Assembly: GCA_032123335.1 (NCBI GenBank)
Contig: JAQBFN010000052.1
Coordinates: 1 to 41,457 of the forward strand
From: Candidatus Micrarchaeota archaeon
GTDB taxonomy: Archaea > Micrarchaeota > Micrarchaeia > Anstonellales > Bilamarchaeaceae
Length of the DNA: 41,457 nucleotides
Reading direction: 5' to 3'
Part shown: positions 18,437-27,219 of the stretch, piece after piece
Layout of the letters: each line of letters begins with the position of its first letter
How positions within the stretch are numbered: the stretch's first letter is position 1
Made by a program: the position numbers and the translations under genes
Notes under the pieces: generated by a model
The model's input: the letters and a program-made list of their open reading frames with translations, nothing else
The model's database searches: none
Told to the model about the DNA's origin: nothing

Positions 18437-19726
18437 ATGGGCATTCTCATTAAGGGAGCAAGAATCATTACGCAGAACGCAAACCGGGAGATGCTGGAAG
18501 GAGATATACGTATTGAAGGGAACAGGATTGCAGCAGTAGGAAAAGAGCTTCCCAAAGAGGGGGTGGAGGAAGTTCTGGATGGGAAAGGAAAACTACTGTT
18601 CCCTGGATTGGTTAATGCACATACGCACGGGGCAATGGGATTGTTGCGCGGGTATGGGGAAGGGCTTCCTTTGCACCGGTGGCTGGAGGAGAAAATCTGG
18701 CCTGCGGAAAAGAAAATGGGCAATGAGGATATTTACTGGGGAACGATGCTGGGGGCAATTGAGATGATTAGAAGCGGAACCACCTGCTTCAATGAGATGT
18801 ATATGTTCGGAATAAAGCACATGGCGGATGCGGTTATTGAAAGCGGGATGCGCGCTGTGCTTGGAAAGGGGGTTTATGATAAGCCTGTGGGGAGGACTGT
18901 GGAAAGCGAGATGAAGGAGCTCAGGCATAAAGTGGGGCAAGTGAAGGGGGTGAATTCCAGGGTACAGATTGCGGTTGCAGCCCATTCTGTGTATACCTGC
19001 TCTGAGGAGATGCTGAAGGCAGCTAAGGCTTTTGCAAACGAGGAGGGGCTGCAGTTCCATATGCACGTGAGTGAAACGCGCGAGGAAGTATTCAACCTGC
19101 TTAAAGAGAAGAATATGCGCCCGGTGGAGTACCTGGATTCGATTGGGCTGGTTGATTCGAAATCTGTTCTTGCACACATGGGCTGGGTTACTAAAAGGGA
19201 GATTGGAGTTGCAGGGAAGAATGGGGCGAATGTGGTGCACTGCCCGGTGAGCAACCTGAAGCTTGCAACCGGGGGAATCTGCCCGGTTTCCGAGTTTGAT
19301 GAGGCTGGAGCGAATGTTACGCTTGGAACGGATGGGGCTGCGAGCAACAATTCACTCAATATGCTTGAAACCATGAAGTATGCATTGCTTTTGCAGACGC
19401 ACAAATACTGGGATGCGCAGAGGTATCCGGAACCAAAGGTTTGGGATGCTGCTACAATTAATGGTGCGAAAGCAGTGGGGATTGATGCAGGAAGCATAGA
19501 AAAGGGGAAGCTTGCGGACCTTGTGCTTGTGGATGCGAAAGCCGCGAACCTTGTGCCTTTGCACAATGACTGGAGGTCGATTGTTTATTCTATTAATCCG
19601 GGAAACATAACGGATGTTATGGTGGATGGAAAATTTGTTTTGAAAGAGGGGAAGATCACCTTTGTGGATGAAGAGAAGGTGCTTGAGAAAGCCACGGAAG
19701 TGGCGCATGACCTGGTGAGCCGCTGA
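18437..19726 (+). CDS. mtaD: Amidohydrolase, MTA/SAH (5'-deoxyadenosine) deaminase family
   Basis: PGLVNAHTH, WLEEKIWPAE, SGTT, HMHVSET..E, HCPVSNLKLATG, LGTDGAASNN. Confidence 0.85.
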   Translation: MGILIKGARIITQNANREMLEGDIRIEGNRIAAVGKELPKEGVEEVLDGKGKLLFPGLVNAHTHGAMGLLRGYGEGLPLHRWLEEKIWPAEKKMGNEDIYWGTMLGAIEMIRSGTTCFNEMYMFGIKHMADAVIESGMRAVLGKGVYDKPVGRTVESEMKELRHKVGQVKGVNSRVQIAVAAHSVYTCSEEMLKAAKAFANEEGLQFHMHVSETREEVFNLLKEKNMRPVEYLDSIGLVDSKSVLAHMGWVTKREIGVAGKNGANVVHCPVSNLKLATGGICPVSEFDEAGANVTLGTDGAASNNSLNMLETMKYALLLQTHKYWDAQRYPEPKVWDAATINGAKAVGIDAGSIEKGKLADLVLVDAKAANLVPLHNDWRSIVYSINPGNITDVMVDGKFVLKEGKITFVDEEKVLEKATEVAHDLVSR

Positions 19727-20367
19727 TGCACGAACACGTAACCTGGGAAATGATTGAGGGGTGGGTTTCTGCAAAAAGAGATGGGGAGCACCATGCGGAA
19801 AAAATCGGGGATTTGATCATTGAGGTAGATAAAGGTTTGATTGGGCTGAAGCAGCCCAAAACAGGTTTGCTCCAGGTTGTGAACCCCAAGGATTTCGGGA
19901 TTGAGAAGCTTAGTGGGGATGCGGAACTAATTGCGCACAAGAAGGATGAGGGGCATTACCTTATTTACATAGTGAATCCTGGTTCGGATAAGCTTGTGCT
20001 GCTTGAGATTATTTTGGAGAAGGCTGCATTTGGGGTTTATTCCAAGGATTTTGAGCTTGGGGAGAAGCTTTCCAAGAAGAATTATGCAGTTATTGATTCG
20101 GAAACCCTTGCGATTTGCACGCACAAGGTAATTTTTGTGGTGCGTGGGGGAACACATATTGGGATTACTTTGGATGCTGCAGGGGTGAAGGGAATAAAGA
20201 ACCCTGTTTTTGGGATTGGGGAAAGTGAGAAGCATGGATGGCTTGCGGTTATGGGTAAGGGAGCGGAGGAAGCTGTTCTTGTTTGTTTAACGGATTCTGA
20301 TTTGGGTTATACAGTAAGGCGGAAAGAGAAGAACGAGCTTAAGGATACGGAATTAATGGGAGATTAA
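19726..20367 (+). CDS. Hypothetical protein translationally coupled to mtaD
   Basis: 213-aa ORF with a TGATG stop/start overlap and genome-typical codons. Confidence 0.75.
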   Translation: MHEHVTWEMIEGWVSAKRDGEHHAEKIGDLIIEVDKGLIGLKQPKTGLLQVVNPKDFGIEKLSGDAELIAHKKDEGHYLIYIVNPGSDKLVLLEIILEKAAFGVYSKDFELGEKLSKKNYAVIDSETLAICTHKVIFVVRGGTHIGITLDAAGVKGIKNPVFGIGESEKHGWLAVMGKGAEEAVLVCLTDSDLGYTVRRKEKNELKDTELMGD

Positions 20368-20870
20368 GCAGTTCTCCTCAGAAGTTTTCTCTGGGAAAGC
20401 ACTTTTTGGGGTGGCTTCCCCGGGGGATTTCTCAGGCTTCTTGGCACAAAAGAAGTTTTTGCATCTGCTTTTGGCTTTGGAGAAGAATCCTTTTTCTCAA
20501 GCGCATCAAGCTTTTTTTCAAGCAATTCTATTTTTTCCTGTGACTCTTTAAGTTCTCTGGAAACTGAACAAGAGCGCATTCCAAACCCGAAGGAAACTGC
20601 TGAAAGTATCAATGCTGCTGCCACAAACCACCTTAGGGGAACCGGCCTGAACAATTTTGTTTGGCGCTCAAGCTTAAGAATAACATCATCATTTGCATCA
20701 AGAACATCCCCCAGTACTGCGGGCCTGGCTTTTCTATTTTGGTAGATTGGTGGGGGCGGGGTAATGCTCGCTCGTTTTGCCTCCTCCGGAACAGGAGGGG
20801 GTGTACTAATCCGCGCACCTGGAATAAGATGGGGTTTAGGCGGCAATGTGCCTTTATTGCCATTATCCAT
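20364..20870 (-). CDS. Hypothetical single-TM protein with Pro-rich N-terminus, coiled coil and basic tail
   Basis: TM segment WFVAAALILSAVSFGFGM, heptads ELKESQEKIELLEKKLDALEKK; TATA-like TTTTAAA about 24 nt upstream. Confidence 0.72.
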   Translation of the reverse strand: MDNGNKGTLPPKPHLIPGARISTPPPVPEEAKRASITPPPPIYQNRKARPAVLGDVLDANDDVILKLERQTKLFRPVPLRWFVAAALILSAVSFGFGMRSCSVSRELKESQEKIELLEKKLDALEKKDSSPKPKADAKTSFVPRSLRNPPGKPPQKVLSQRKLLRRTA

Positions 20871-20895
20871 AAGTAAGTATTGTGATTATAAGGGT

Positions 20896-21297
20896 TTAAA
20901 AGTGTTGTACCCTGAGGAGCTTTTTTATGGGCGCCTTCCGGAATGCTTCTTTTGGGGCCAGGAGCTTGTGGAAAGCGCGGGGGAGCGGGAGCTTTTCTGC
21001 CTGGACAGGGGGCCTTGACTTGAAGGAGGGTGTTTTGGGGGCAGCTTTCGGGATTTCTTCCCGGGGCTCGGGAAGCTCTAAGCCTTCAAACCCCCCAAAT
21101 TCCACGTATTCGATACACTTGCCCAATGCCGCAATGCCGCCAACCGGCAGCCCAAATCCGACAAGCATCATCAGGAAGACCTTGGTCAGCTCGGCCGCTT
21201 CCTTTCGGGTGAGGGGCTCATTCGGGTCTTCAATAAGGTTTGGGTCGCAAAACTCCCTCGGGGGAGCGTAACAGGCCCGCACTTCGGCTTCATCCAT
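20896..21297 (-). CDS. Hypothetical single-TM protein with basic Pro-rich tail
   Basis: TM segment VFLMMLVGFGLPVGGIAALG; TTTATAAA about 23 nt upstream of the ATG. Confidence 0.68.
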   Translation of the reverse strand: MDEAEVRACYAPPREFCDPNLIEDPNEPLTRKEAAELTKVFLMMLVGFGLPVGGIAALGKCIEYVEFGGFEGLELPEPREEIPKAAPKTPSFKSRPPVQAEKLPLPRAFHKLLAPKEAFRKAPIKKLLRVQHF

Positions 21298-21398
21298 GTA
21301 TACTAATATGGCGGGAAGAATTTATAAATAGATAATTAACCATAAAAATACACAATAGAAAAAGAAAATAAAAAAAGGAAATAAGAAAGGAGTTAAAC

Positions 21399-21716
21399 TT
21401 ATCCAAAGAGGTTTGCGAGGCCTTCAGCTGCCTGCTCTTCCTTCTTTTCTTCGGAAACTTCTTCCTCTTCAGGTTCAGCTGCTGCGCCTGCTGCTGCGGG
21501 TGCTGCGGCTGCGGGTGCAGCTGCAGCTGTTGCAACATTCTTGAGAAGGTCCTCGAAGTCTACTCCCTTCACTGCTTCAGAAAGAACCTTTGCTTTAGCG
21601 TCATCTGCTTCTGCTCCGGCGGCTTTCATTACAGCTACGATTCCTTCCTGGGAAACCTCTTTCCCAGCACCATGCAAAAGGAGCACGGCATGCAAATATG
21701 GATCTACTTTCGCCAT
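21399..21716 (-). CDS. rpl12: Ribosomal stalk protein P1 (archaeal L12)
   Basis: YLHAVLLLH, Ala-rich hinge, acidic stretch and C-terminal GLANLFG. Confidence 0.96.
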   Translation of the reverse strand: MAKVDPYLHAVLLLHGAGKEVSQEGIVAVMKAAGAEADDAKAKVLSEAVKGVDFEDLLKNVATAAAAPAAAAPAAAGAAAEPEEEEVSEEKKEEQAAEGLANLFG

Positions 21717-21721
21717 TTTCA

Positions 21722-22975
21722 TCACTCTTTTTTGGCTTCGGATTTCTCTTCAGCCTTTTTTTCTTTCTTTTCCTCAGCAGAAGCATCTGAGGGTTTTTCT
21801 TTTTCCTTTGGCTTTGGTTTTGCCTTGGGCTTCTTTTCCGCCTTGGGTTTCACACCTTGAGGCTCGCTTTCCTTTGTCGAGTCTCGAGGTGTGCCCTCTG
21901 CTTTCTTTTCAGGTTTGGGCTCCTCCTTAGGTTCTTCTTTGGGGGCCGCCTCCTTCTTTTCAGGCTTTGGTTTTTCCTTAGGTTTCTCTTCAGCTTTCGG
22001 TTTTTCCTTGGCTTCAGGTTTGGGCTCTTCCGCCTTGGGTTCTTCGGCCTTCTTTTCGGGCTTTGGTTCCTTGGCTTTGGGAGCTTCTTCTGCACCAGGT
22101 GCAGACTCCTTAACCGGCTCAGCCGGCACTTTATCGGATAGAGCCATTCCAGTCCTTAGGGACATGGTGAGAAGCTGCTCTATCGATTGTGGAGAGTAAA
22201 TGTCGCCGTTTATCGCAACGTTCATTCCCTGGATAAATGCCTGGGTGAGCAGCAAGGTAATGTTCTGCTCGGTAGGCACATCCGCATTCACTGAAATGTT
22301 GAATGCAGCCTGCAGGGCGTCCGTGAATTCGGGCACAAGGGTCTCCGCGGAGATGTTCAGCAAATCAGGAGAATATATGTATTCCCCGTCATATGCGAGG
22401 AGAACATCCACATTCACCTGGAATGGCTTGAAACCCAGTGTTCCAAGAGCCTTTGCCTTGTTCGGGGCAATTTCCTCCCCGGCTTTAACCACGGTTGAAT
22501 CCTTTGCAATTGAAATCTTTGGGCCGCGGATCTGCGCGTTAATTCCTGCTGCCTTCAATTCTGAAAGCGCGGGCCCGGGCGGAAGCGCGGTTTCCCCTGC
22601 GGGAACTATAATATCTATAGGCGAAATCTGCCCTGCCTTTGCAACAACGTCCATGGTGTTCTCCCTGAAGAACTTGTTCAGTTCATAGGGGGAGAGTTCC
22701 GTGAGCACTATTGCTGCAGGCTGCTCAAAGAGGTCAATAAGCTCCTTGGGCTTTCCCGCACCTTCAAGCGCGCGGGTCATTACTGCAGACTTCCCTACCC
22801 TGATTTTTGTTCCCTGCTCCCTGAGCTTCTTCCTTACATTCTGGAGAAGCCTGTCCGGGAGCTTTCTCAAATCAATGATTACTATGTTCTTGGATGCTGA
22901 GAACTCCTTCTTGTATTCTTCCACTTGAGCCTTCTTCTTTGCGATTTCCGGCCTGTCTTTCTTTTCTTCTGCCAT
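21722..22975 (-). CDS. rplP0: Ribosomal protein uL10/P0 with an atypical long Lys/Glu/Pro tail
   Basis: AKAGQISPIDIIVPAGETALPPGPALSEL, three P1-binding helix repeats and position between rpl1 and rpl12; GAGGTGG Shine-Dalgarno motif. Confidence 0.93.
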   Translation of the reverse strand: MAEEKKDRPEIAKKKAQVEEYKKEFSASKNIVIIDLRKLPDRLLQNVRKKLREQGTKIRVGKSAVMTRALEGAGKPKELIDLFEQPAAIVLTELSPYELNKFFRENTMDVVAKAGQISPIDIIVPAGETALPPGPALSELKAAGINAQIRGPKISIAKDSTVVKAGEEIAPNKAKALGTLGFKPFQVNVDVLLAYDGEYIYSPDLLNISAETLVPEFTDALQAAFNISVNADVPTEQNITLLLTQAFIQGMNVAINGDIYSPQSIEQLLTMSLRTGMALSDKVPAEPVKESAPGAEEAPKAKEPKPEKKAEEPKAEEPKPEAKEKPKAEEKPKEKPKPEKKEAAPKEEPKEEPKPEKKAEGTPRDSTKESEPQGVKPKAEKKPKAKPKPKEKEKPSDASAEEKKEKKAEEKSEAKKE

Positions 22976-22985
22976 AGTTCCCACC

Positions 22986-23621
22986 TCACATCACCTTGAA
23001 CGCCTTGCCCATTGTGAGCTTTACATAGGCGGACTTTAGGGTTGACGCACCAGCTTTGTTTTTCACTGCATCGTACACTGCTTCGATGTTTTCTGCAAGC
23101 TGCTTGGACTCCATTGCCTCGGAGCCAACCAGTGCCTGCGCAACCGGCATATACTTCCCTTTTGAAGTAATGCGGACTGAGCGCTTTGCAGCGTTGATTG
23201 CGTTTGCAGGGTTTCCCACTATTGGTTTGGGCATCTTTCCCCTTACTGCAAGGAACTGACCAAAGTTCTTTGCAATCTGGCCGAGAAGGTTGGGCTGCGT
23301 AAGGAATACGGATTCCTGCACAAGCTTCTTGAGCTTGGGCTGGTCCTTCTTGTATTCCAGGAGCTGGTCCACTGAGATGACTGCGTCCGCGCCAGCTTTT
23401 GTTGCGGCGGTTCCGACTTCACCATCAGCAATTACGATTACCTTGGGCTCCTTGCCGCCCTTTCCATTTGGAAGGGCAACATCCAGGTTCAGCCTGTTTT
23501 CCGGCTTCGAGAAATCAATACCCCTGAAGTTGAATATCACTTCAACTGACTGGGTGAATTTCCTGCTTCCTTTCTCCTTTAGCATCTCGTCGATGCCTGC
23601 AATTAACTTCTTCTTTTCCAT
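22986..23621 (-). CDS. rpl1: Ribosomal protein uL1
   Basis: RKFTQSVEVIFNFRGID, RGKMPKP, YVKLTMG. Confidence 0.96.
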   Translation of the reverse strand: MEKKKLIAGIDEMLKEKGSRKFTQSVEVIFNFRGIDFSKPENRLNLDVALPNGKGGKEPKVIVIADGEVGTAATKAGADAVISVDQLLEYKKDQPKLKKLVQESVFLTQPNLLGQIAKNFGQFLAVRGKMPKPIVGNPANAINAAKRSVRITSKGKYMPVAQALVGSEAMESKQLAENIEAVYDAVKNKAGASTLKSAYVKLTMGKAFKVM

Positions 23622-23780
23622 TCAATCCCTCCTGCTACCAGCAGTACATGTGGGCAGAAATTGACTGTGTTGGGTATTTGTATTATGGAAACTTTTTTAA
23701 ACTACTCGCTAACTCAGAAGGATTAGGGTGGAGGCGGAAGGATTATAGGAACGTTTAAAAACTCGTATATAATAAAATAA

Positions 23781-23864
23781 TGCCTACAAGTCCGAATCTG
23801 GGTAGACATAGTCTACTTTTCGTGAGTTTTTTCGCTTCACTCATAAAACTCACGATTCTGGGCA
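23781..23864 (+). other. Multi-hairpin structured leader upstream of the SBDS-exosome operon
   Basis: GTAGAC-ATA-GTCTAC (23802-23816), an 11-bp stem TCGTGAGTTTT/AAAACTCACGA (23820-23855) and possible closing pairs TGCCTA/TGGGCA; TTTAAAAA at 23754-23761. Confidence 0.5.
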
Positions 23865-23873
23865 AGTGATATT

Positions 23874-24566
23874 ATGGTGAGCTTAGATAACGCGATAATT
23901 GCTTCCTACGATAGAGAGGGAAAGCACTTTGAGCTTTATGTGGACCCGAAGAACACTTACCTTTATTTGGACGGAGGAAAGAAGGACCTCAAGAATATAC
24001 TCGTGGTGGACGAGGTTTACGAGGACGCAAAGAAGGCGGAACGGGCGAAGAGCTCGGAAATCCAGAAAGCGTTCGGGACCACGGACATCATGGAGATACT
24101 GGAGATTGCCCTGAGGAAAGGCAGTGTGCAGCTCACCACCGAGCAGAGAAAGAAGAAGGTGGAGGAGAAGCGCAAAAAAATCATAGATATGATTTGCAGG
24201 GAAGCAATAGATGTGCGCACGAAGGCGCCAATACCTCCGATACGCATTGAGAATGCGATGGAGGAGGTAAGGTTCCACGTGGATCCCTTCAAGGAACCAA
24301 AGGAGCAGATGGATGAGCTTATCAAGAAGCTGAGGCCGCTGATTCCGATTAAGTTCGAGAAGATGCAGATAGCGGTGAAGATTCCGCCGGAGTATTCACA
24401 TCGTGCTTATGGAACTTTGAAGATGTATGGGATAAAGAAAGAGCAATGGCTCAAGGATGGATACCTCGTAGTTGTGGTTGAGATTCCTGCGGGAATGCAG
24501 GGAGAATTCCTTGACAAAATGAACAAGCTGACGGCCGGACAGGTCGAGACAAAAAAAATTGAATAG
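23874..24566 (+). CDS. Ribosome maturation factor SBDS/Sdo1
   Basis: GKHFELYVDP, DAKKAERA, FGTTD, QLTTEQR, PPIRIENAM, PLIPIKFE. Confidence 0.95.
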   Translation: MVSLDNAIIASYDREGKHFELYVDPKNTYLYLDGGKKDLKNILVVDEVYEDAKKAERAKSSEIQKAFGTTDIMEILEIALRKGSVQLTTEQRKKKVEEKRKKIIDMICREAIDVRTKAPIPPIRIENAMEEVRFHVDPFKEPKEQMDELIKKLRPLIPIKFEKMQIAVKIPPEYSHRAYGTLKMYGIKKEQWLKDGYLVVVVEIPAGMQGEFLDKMNKLTAGQVETKKIE

Positions 24567-24574
24567 GTGATTGA

Positions 24575-25435
24575 TTGGAAAAGATTGTAGTACCCGGAGA
24601 GATGATCTGGGATCAGGAAATGAGAGTTCCAAACACCGTCGTGGTGGATGGGAAAACTTATGCGACCGTGCTAGGAATGGTGCGGGAGGACAGGTTTATC
24701 CCCTTGGAACTTGTATACAGACCCAAGCCAGGGGACAATTTGGTTGGAGTAGTTACGGACGTAAGGCATGCGGGATATTCCGTGGACATTAACCTTGCCA
24801 ATGGAGGATTTATCAGCTCTAAATTTAGTAGAGTGAGCTTCCAGCAGGGCGACCTTATCTTTGGGCGGATTAAATTCGCTGATGAGGTTGGGAACGTGGA
24901 CATTACGGATGCGAAGAGGCTTCCTGCGGGGAAGCTCGTGGACGTTCCTGCTTCCAAGGTACCGAGGATTATCGGGAAGAAAAGCAGCATGCTTAATGTA
25001 ATCCGGGATGGGACCGGTTGCTCTATATTCGTAGGGAACAACGGCTACATCTGGATTGGGGGAAAAGGAAACCTCCAGCTTGCGCTCAAGACCATTGATT
25101 TCATCATTGGAAATGTGCACAAGCACGGGCTTACGGACAAGGTGGCTGAATACCTGAATGAACATGGTGGAAACGTAACTGTTCCCCCAAGGGAAGATGC
25201 ACCTGCTGAGGGGAGGGCTCCAGAGCCTAAAGAGGAAAGTGGGATGGATGCGCCTGCGGAAGAGACTCCGGACCCGGCAGAGGAGCCGGTTACTGAGGAC
25301 CCTGCGGAAGTTTCTGAAGGTGAGCCTGTAGCTGAGGAAGGAAAGGAAAACCCGCTTATGCACTCAGGCAAGAGCGAAAAGGGAGAAGAATCCCAGGAAG
25401 AAAGCGAAGATAAAATTGATGTTGAAGAGATGTGA
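24575..25435 (+). CDS. rrp4: Exosome RNA-binding subunit Rrp4 with acidic C-terminal extension
   Basis: IVVPGE, YRPKPGDNLVG (S1), KVPRIIGKKSSM and VGNNGYIWI (KH), HKHGLTD; operon position. Confidence 0.93.
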   Translation: MEKIVVPGEMIWDQEMRVPNTVVVDGKTYATVLGMVREDRFIPLELVYRPKPGDNLVGVVTDVRHAGYSVDINLANGGFISSKFSRVSFQQGDLIFGRIKFADEVGNVDITDAKRLPAGKLVDVPASKVPRIIGKKSSMLNVIRDGTGCSIFVGNNGYIWIGGKGNLQLALKTIDFIIGNVHKHGLTDKVAEYLNEHGGNVTVPPREDAPAEGRAPEPKEESGMDAPAEETPDPAEEPVTEDPAEVSEGEPVAEEGKENPLMHSGKSEKGEESQEESEDKIDVEEM

Positions 25436-25439
25436 TAGA

Positions 25440-26174
25440 ATGGAACAGCCAGAAATGATTAAAGATGGAAAAAGGCTTGATGGAAGAGGCCCCAAGGACC
25501 TGAGGCCCGTGAGGATTGAAGCGGGCGTGCTTAAGGAAGCGCAGGGCTCTGCACTAGTGGAGTGGGGCGGAAACAAGGTTATTGCGGGTGTGTTTGGCCC
25601 CAGGGAATGCATTCCCAAGCATGGAGCTGACCCCTACAAGTCAAAGCTCAAGATAAGATACACAATGACACCTTTCTGCTCAAAGGGAGAGCACTCAAGG
25701 AGCGGACCTAACAGGAGGAGCATTGAAGTCTCCAAGGTGCTTAGGGAAGCGTTTGAACCGGTTGTGATAACCAAAAATTTCCCCAGGAGCCAGATTGAAG
25801 TGTACATTGAGGTACTTCAAGCAGAGGGAGGAACAAGGGTTGCTTCGCTTACTGCGGCCGCAGTTGCGCTTGCTGATGCTGGAATCCCCATGACTGACAT
25901 GGTTTCTGCAATTGCTGTAGGGAAACTAAATGGACAGCTTGTAGTGGACCTGGGCAAGGATGAAGACAACTATGGAGAATCGGATGTGCCAATGGCAATT
26001 ACCCACAGGGACAAGCAGATTGTACTTCTGCAGATGGACGGGCTTCTTACCAGAGATGAGCTTGCCCAGAACCTGGATGAGGGAATTGAAGGTGCAGACA
26101 AGGTGTACGAGCTGCAGGCTGAAGCGCTCAGGAAATCCTATGAAAAGGAGGAGAGGGGGAAGCTGAAGCTTTGA
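25440..26174 (+). CDS. rrp41: Exosome catalytic subunit Rrp41
   Basis: RLDGR...LRP, GSALVEWGGNKVIAGVFGPRE, RRSIE, GGTR, DLGKDEDNYGESDVP. Confidence 0.96.
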   Translation: MEQPEMIKDGKRLDGRGPKDLRPVRIEAGVLKEAQGSALVEWGGNKVIAGVFGPRECIPKHGADPYKSKLKIRYTMTPFCSKGEHSRSGPNRRSIEVSKVLREAFEPVVITKNFPRSQIEVYIEVLQAEGGTRVASLTAAAVALADAGIPMTDMVSAIAVGKLNGQLVVDLGKDEDNYGESDVPMAITHRDKQIVLLQMDGLLTRDELAQNLDEGIEGADKVYELQAEALRKSYEKEERGKLKL

Positions 26175-26184
26175 GGTGATTTTT

Positions 26185-26973
26185 ATGGGAGAAGAAACAA
26201 AAACCAAGATTCTTCGTGAAGTAAGGAAGGACTTCCTCCAGGAACTGCTTGCAAAGGGCAAGAGGTTCGATGAGAGGGAGATGAATGAGTGGAGGCCCGT
26301 AACTGTGGACAAGGGAGTAATCCCGAACGCGGAAGGGTCTGCGCTTGCAGAGATTGGCAACACCAAGGTGCTTGCAGCAGTGAAGTTTGATATACTGACT
26401 CCGTTCTCGGACAGGCCGAACGAGGGGGTATTCATGACCGGGGCAGAATTCGTCCCGTTCGCATCCCCTGAGTTTGAGCCTGGGCCCCCAAGGGAAGACG
26501 CAATTGAGTTTGCGCGTGTAGTTGACAGGGGAATCCGGAGCGCGGAAGTAATCGATGTGAAGAAGTTCTTCATTTCAGAAGGAAAGGTGCTCGGATTGTT
26601 CTTAGACCTTTGGGTGCTGGACAATACAGGAAACCTTATGGATACGGGTGCGCTTGCGGCATGCGCTGCGCTCCTGGACGCAAAGGTCCCGAAGATTGAA
26701 GATGGGAAGCTTATCAGGGAGGAATCCTCAGGTGGGCTGAACATGAAGTACAAACCACTCACCACGAGCTTCATAAAAGTGGGCAACCACTTCCTGATGG
26801 ACGCGTCCAAGGATGAGGAATATGCAAGGGACCTGCGCTTCACAATCGGAAGCGTGGAAGGACTGGTTTCAAGCATACAGAAATCCGGGGATGCCGGGTT
26901 GAGCAGGGACGAAGTGATGAACCTTGTGGACATTGCGTTTGAAAAATCAGATGAGCTCAGGAAATACCTGTAG
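26185..26973 (+). CDS. rrp42: Exosome subunit Rrp42
   Basis: AEGSA, PFSDRPNEG, FEPGPP..DAIEFARVVDRGIR, GNLMD. Confidence 0.96.
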   Translation: MGEETKTKILREVRKDFLQELLAKGKRFDEREMNEWRPVTVDKGVIPNAEGSALAEIGNTKVLAAVKFDILTPFSDRPNEGVFMTGAEFVPFASPEFEPGPPREDAIEFARVVDRGIRSAEVIDVKKFFISEGKVLGLFLDLWVLDNTGNLMDTGALAACAALLDAKVPKIEDGKLIREESSGGLNMKYKPLTTSFIKVGNHFLMDASKDEEYARDLRFTIGSVEGLVSSIQKSGDAGLSRDEVMNLVDIAFEKSDELRKYL

Positions 26974-26979
26974 GTGGTT

Positions 26980-27219
26980 ATGATGAAAAGTGCAAGGTAT
27001 GGAAGAAGGATTAGGAAGCTTGTAGACGCTGCAACAAAGAAGAAAAAAGACTTTTATGAGTGCCCCAAGTGCAGGAAGAAATCCGTAAAAAGGATTTCCT
27101 ATGCGCTCTGGAGATGCAACTCATGCAACGCAAAGATTGCAGGCGGAGCATACAGCCTGAGCACCTCTATTGCAGAAACCGCAAGAAGGATGCTCGCAAA
27201 GGAAGAAACAGGTGAATGA
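26980..27219 (+). CDS. rpl37ae: Ribosomal protein eL43 (L37Ae)
   Basis: RYGRRIRK, CPKC...VKR...LWRCNSC..KIAGGAY. Confidence 0.93.
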   Translation: MMKSARYGRRIRKLVDAATKKKKDFYECPKCRKKSVKRISYALWRCNSCNAKIAGGAYSLSTSIAETARRMLAKEETGE

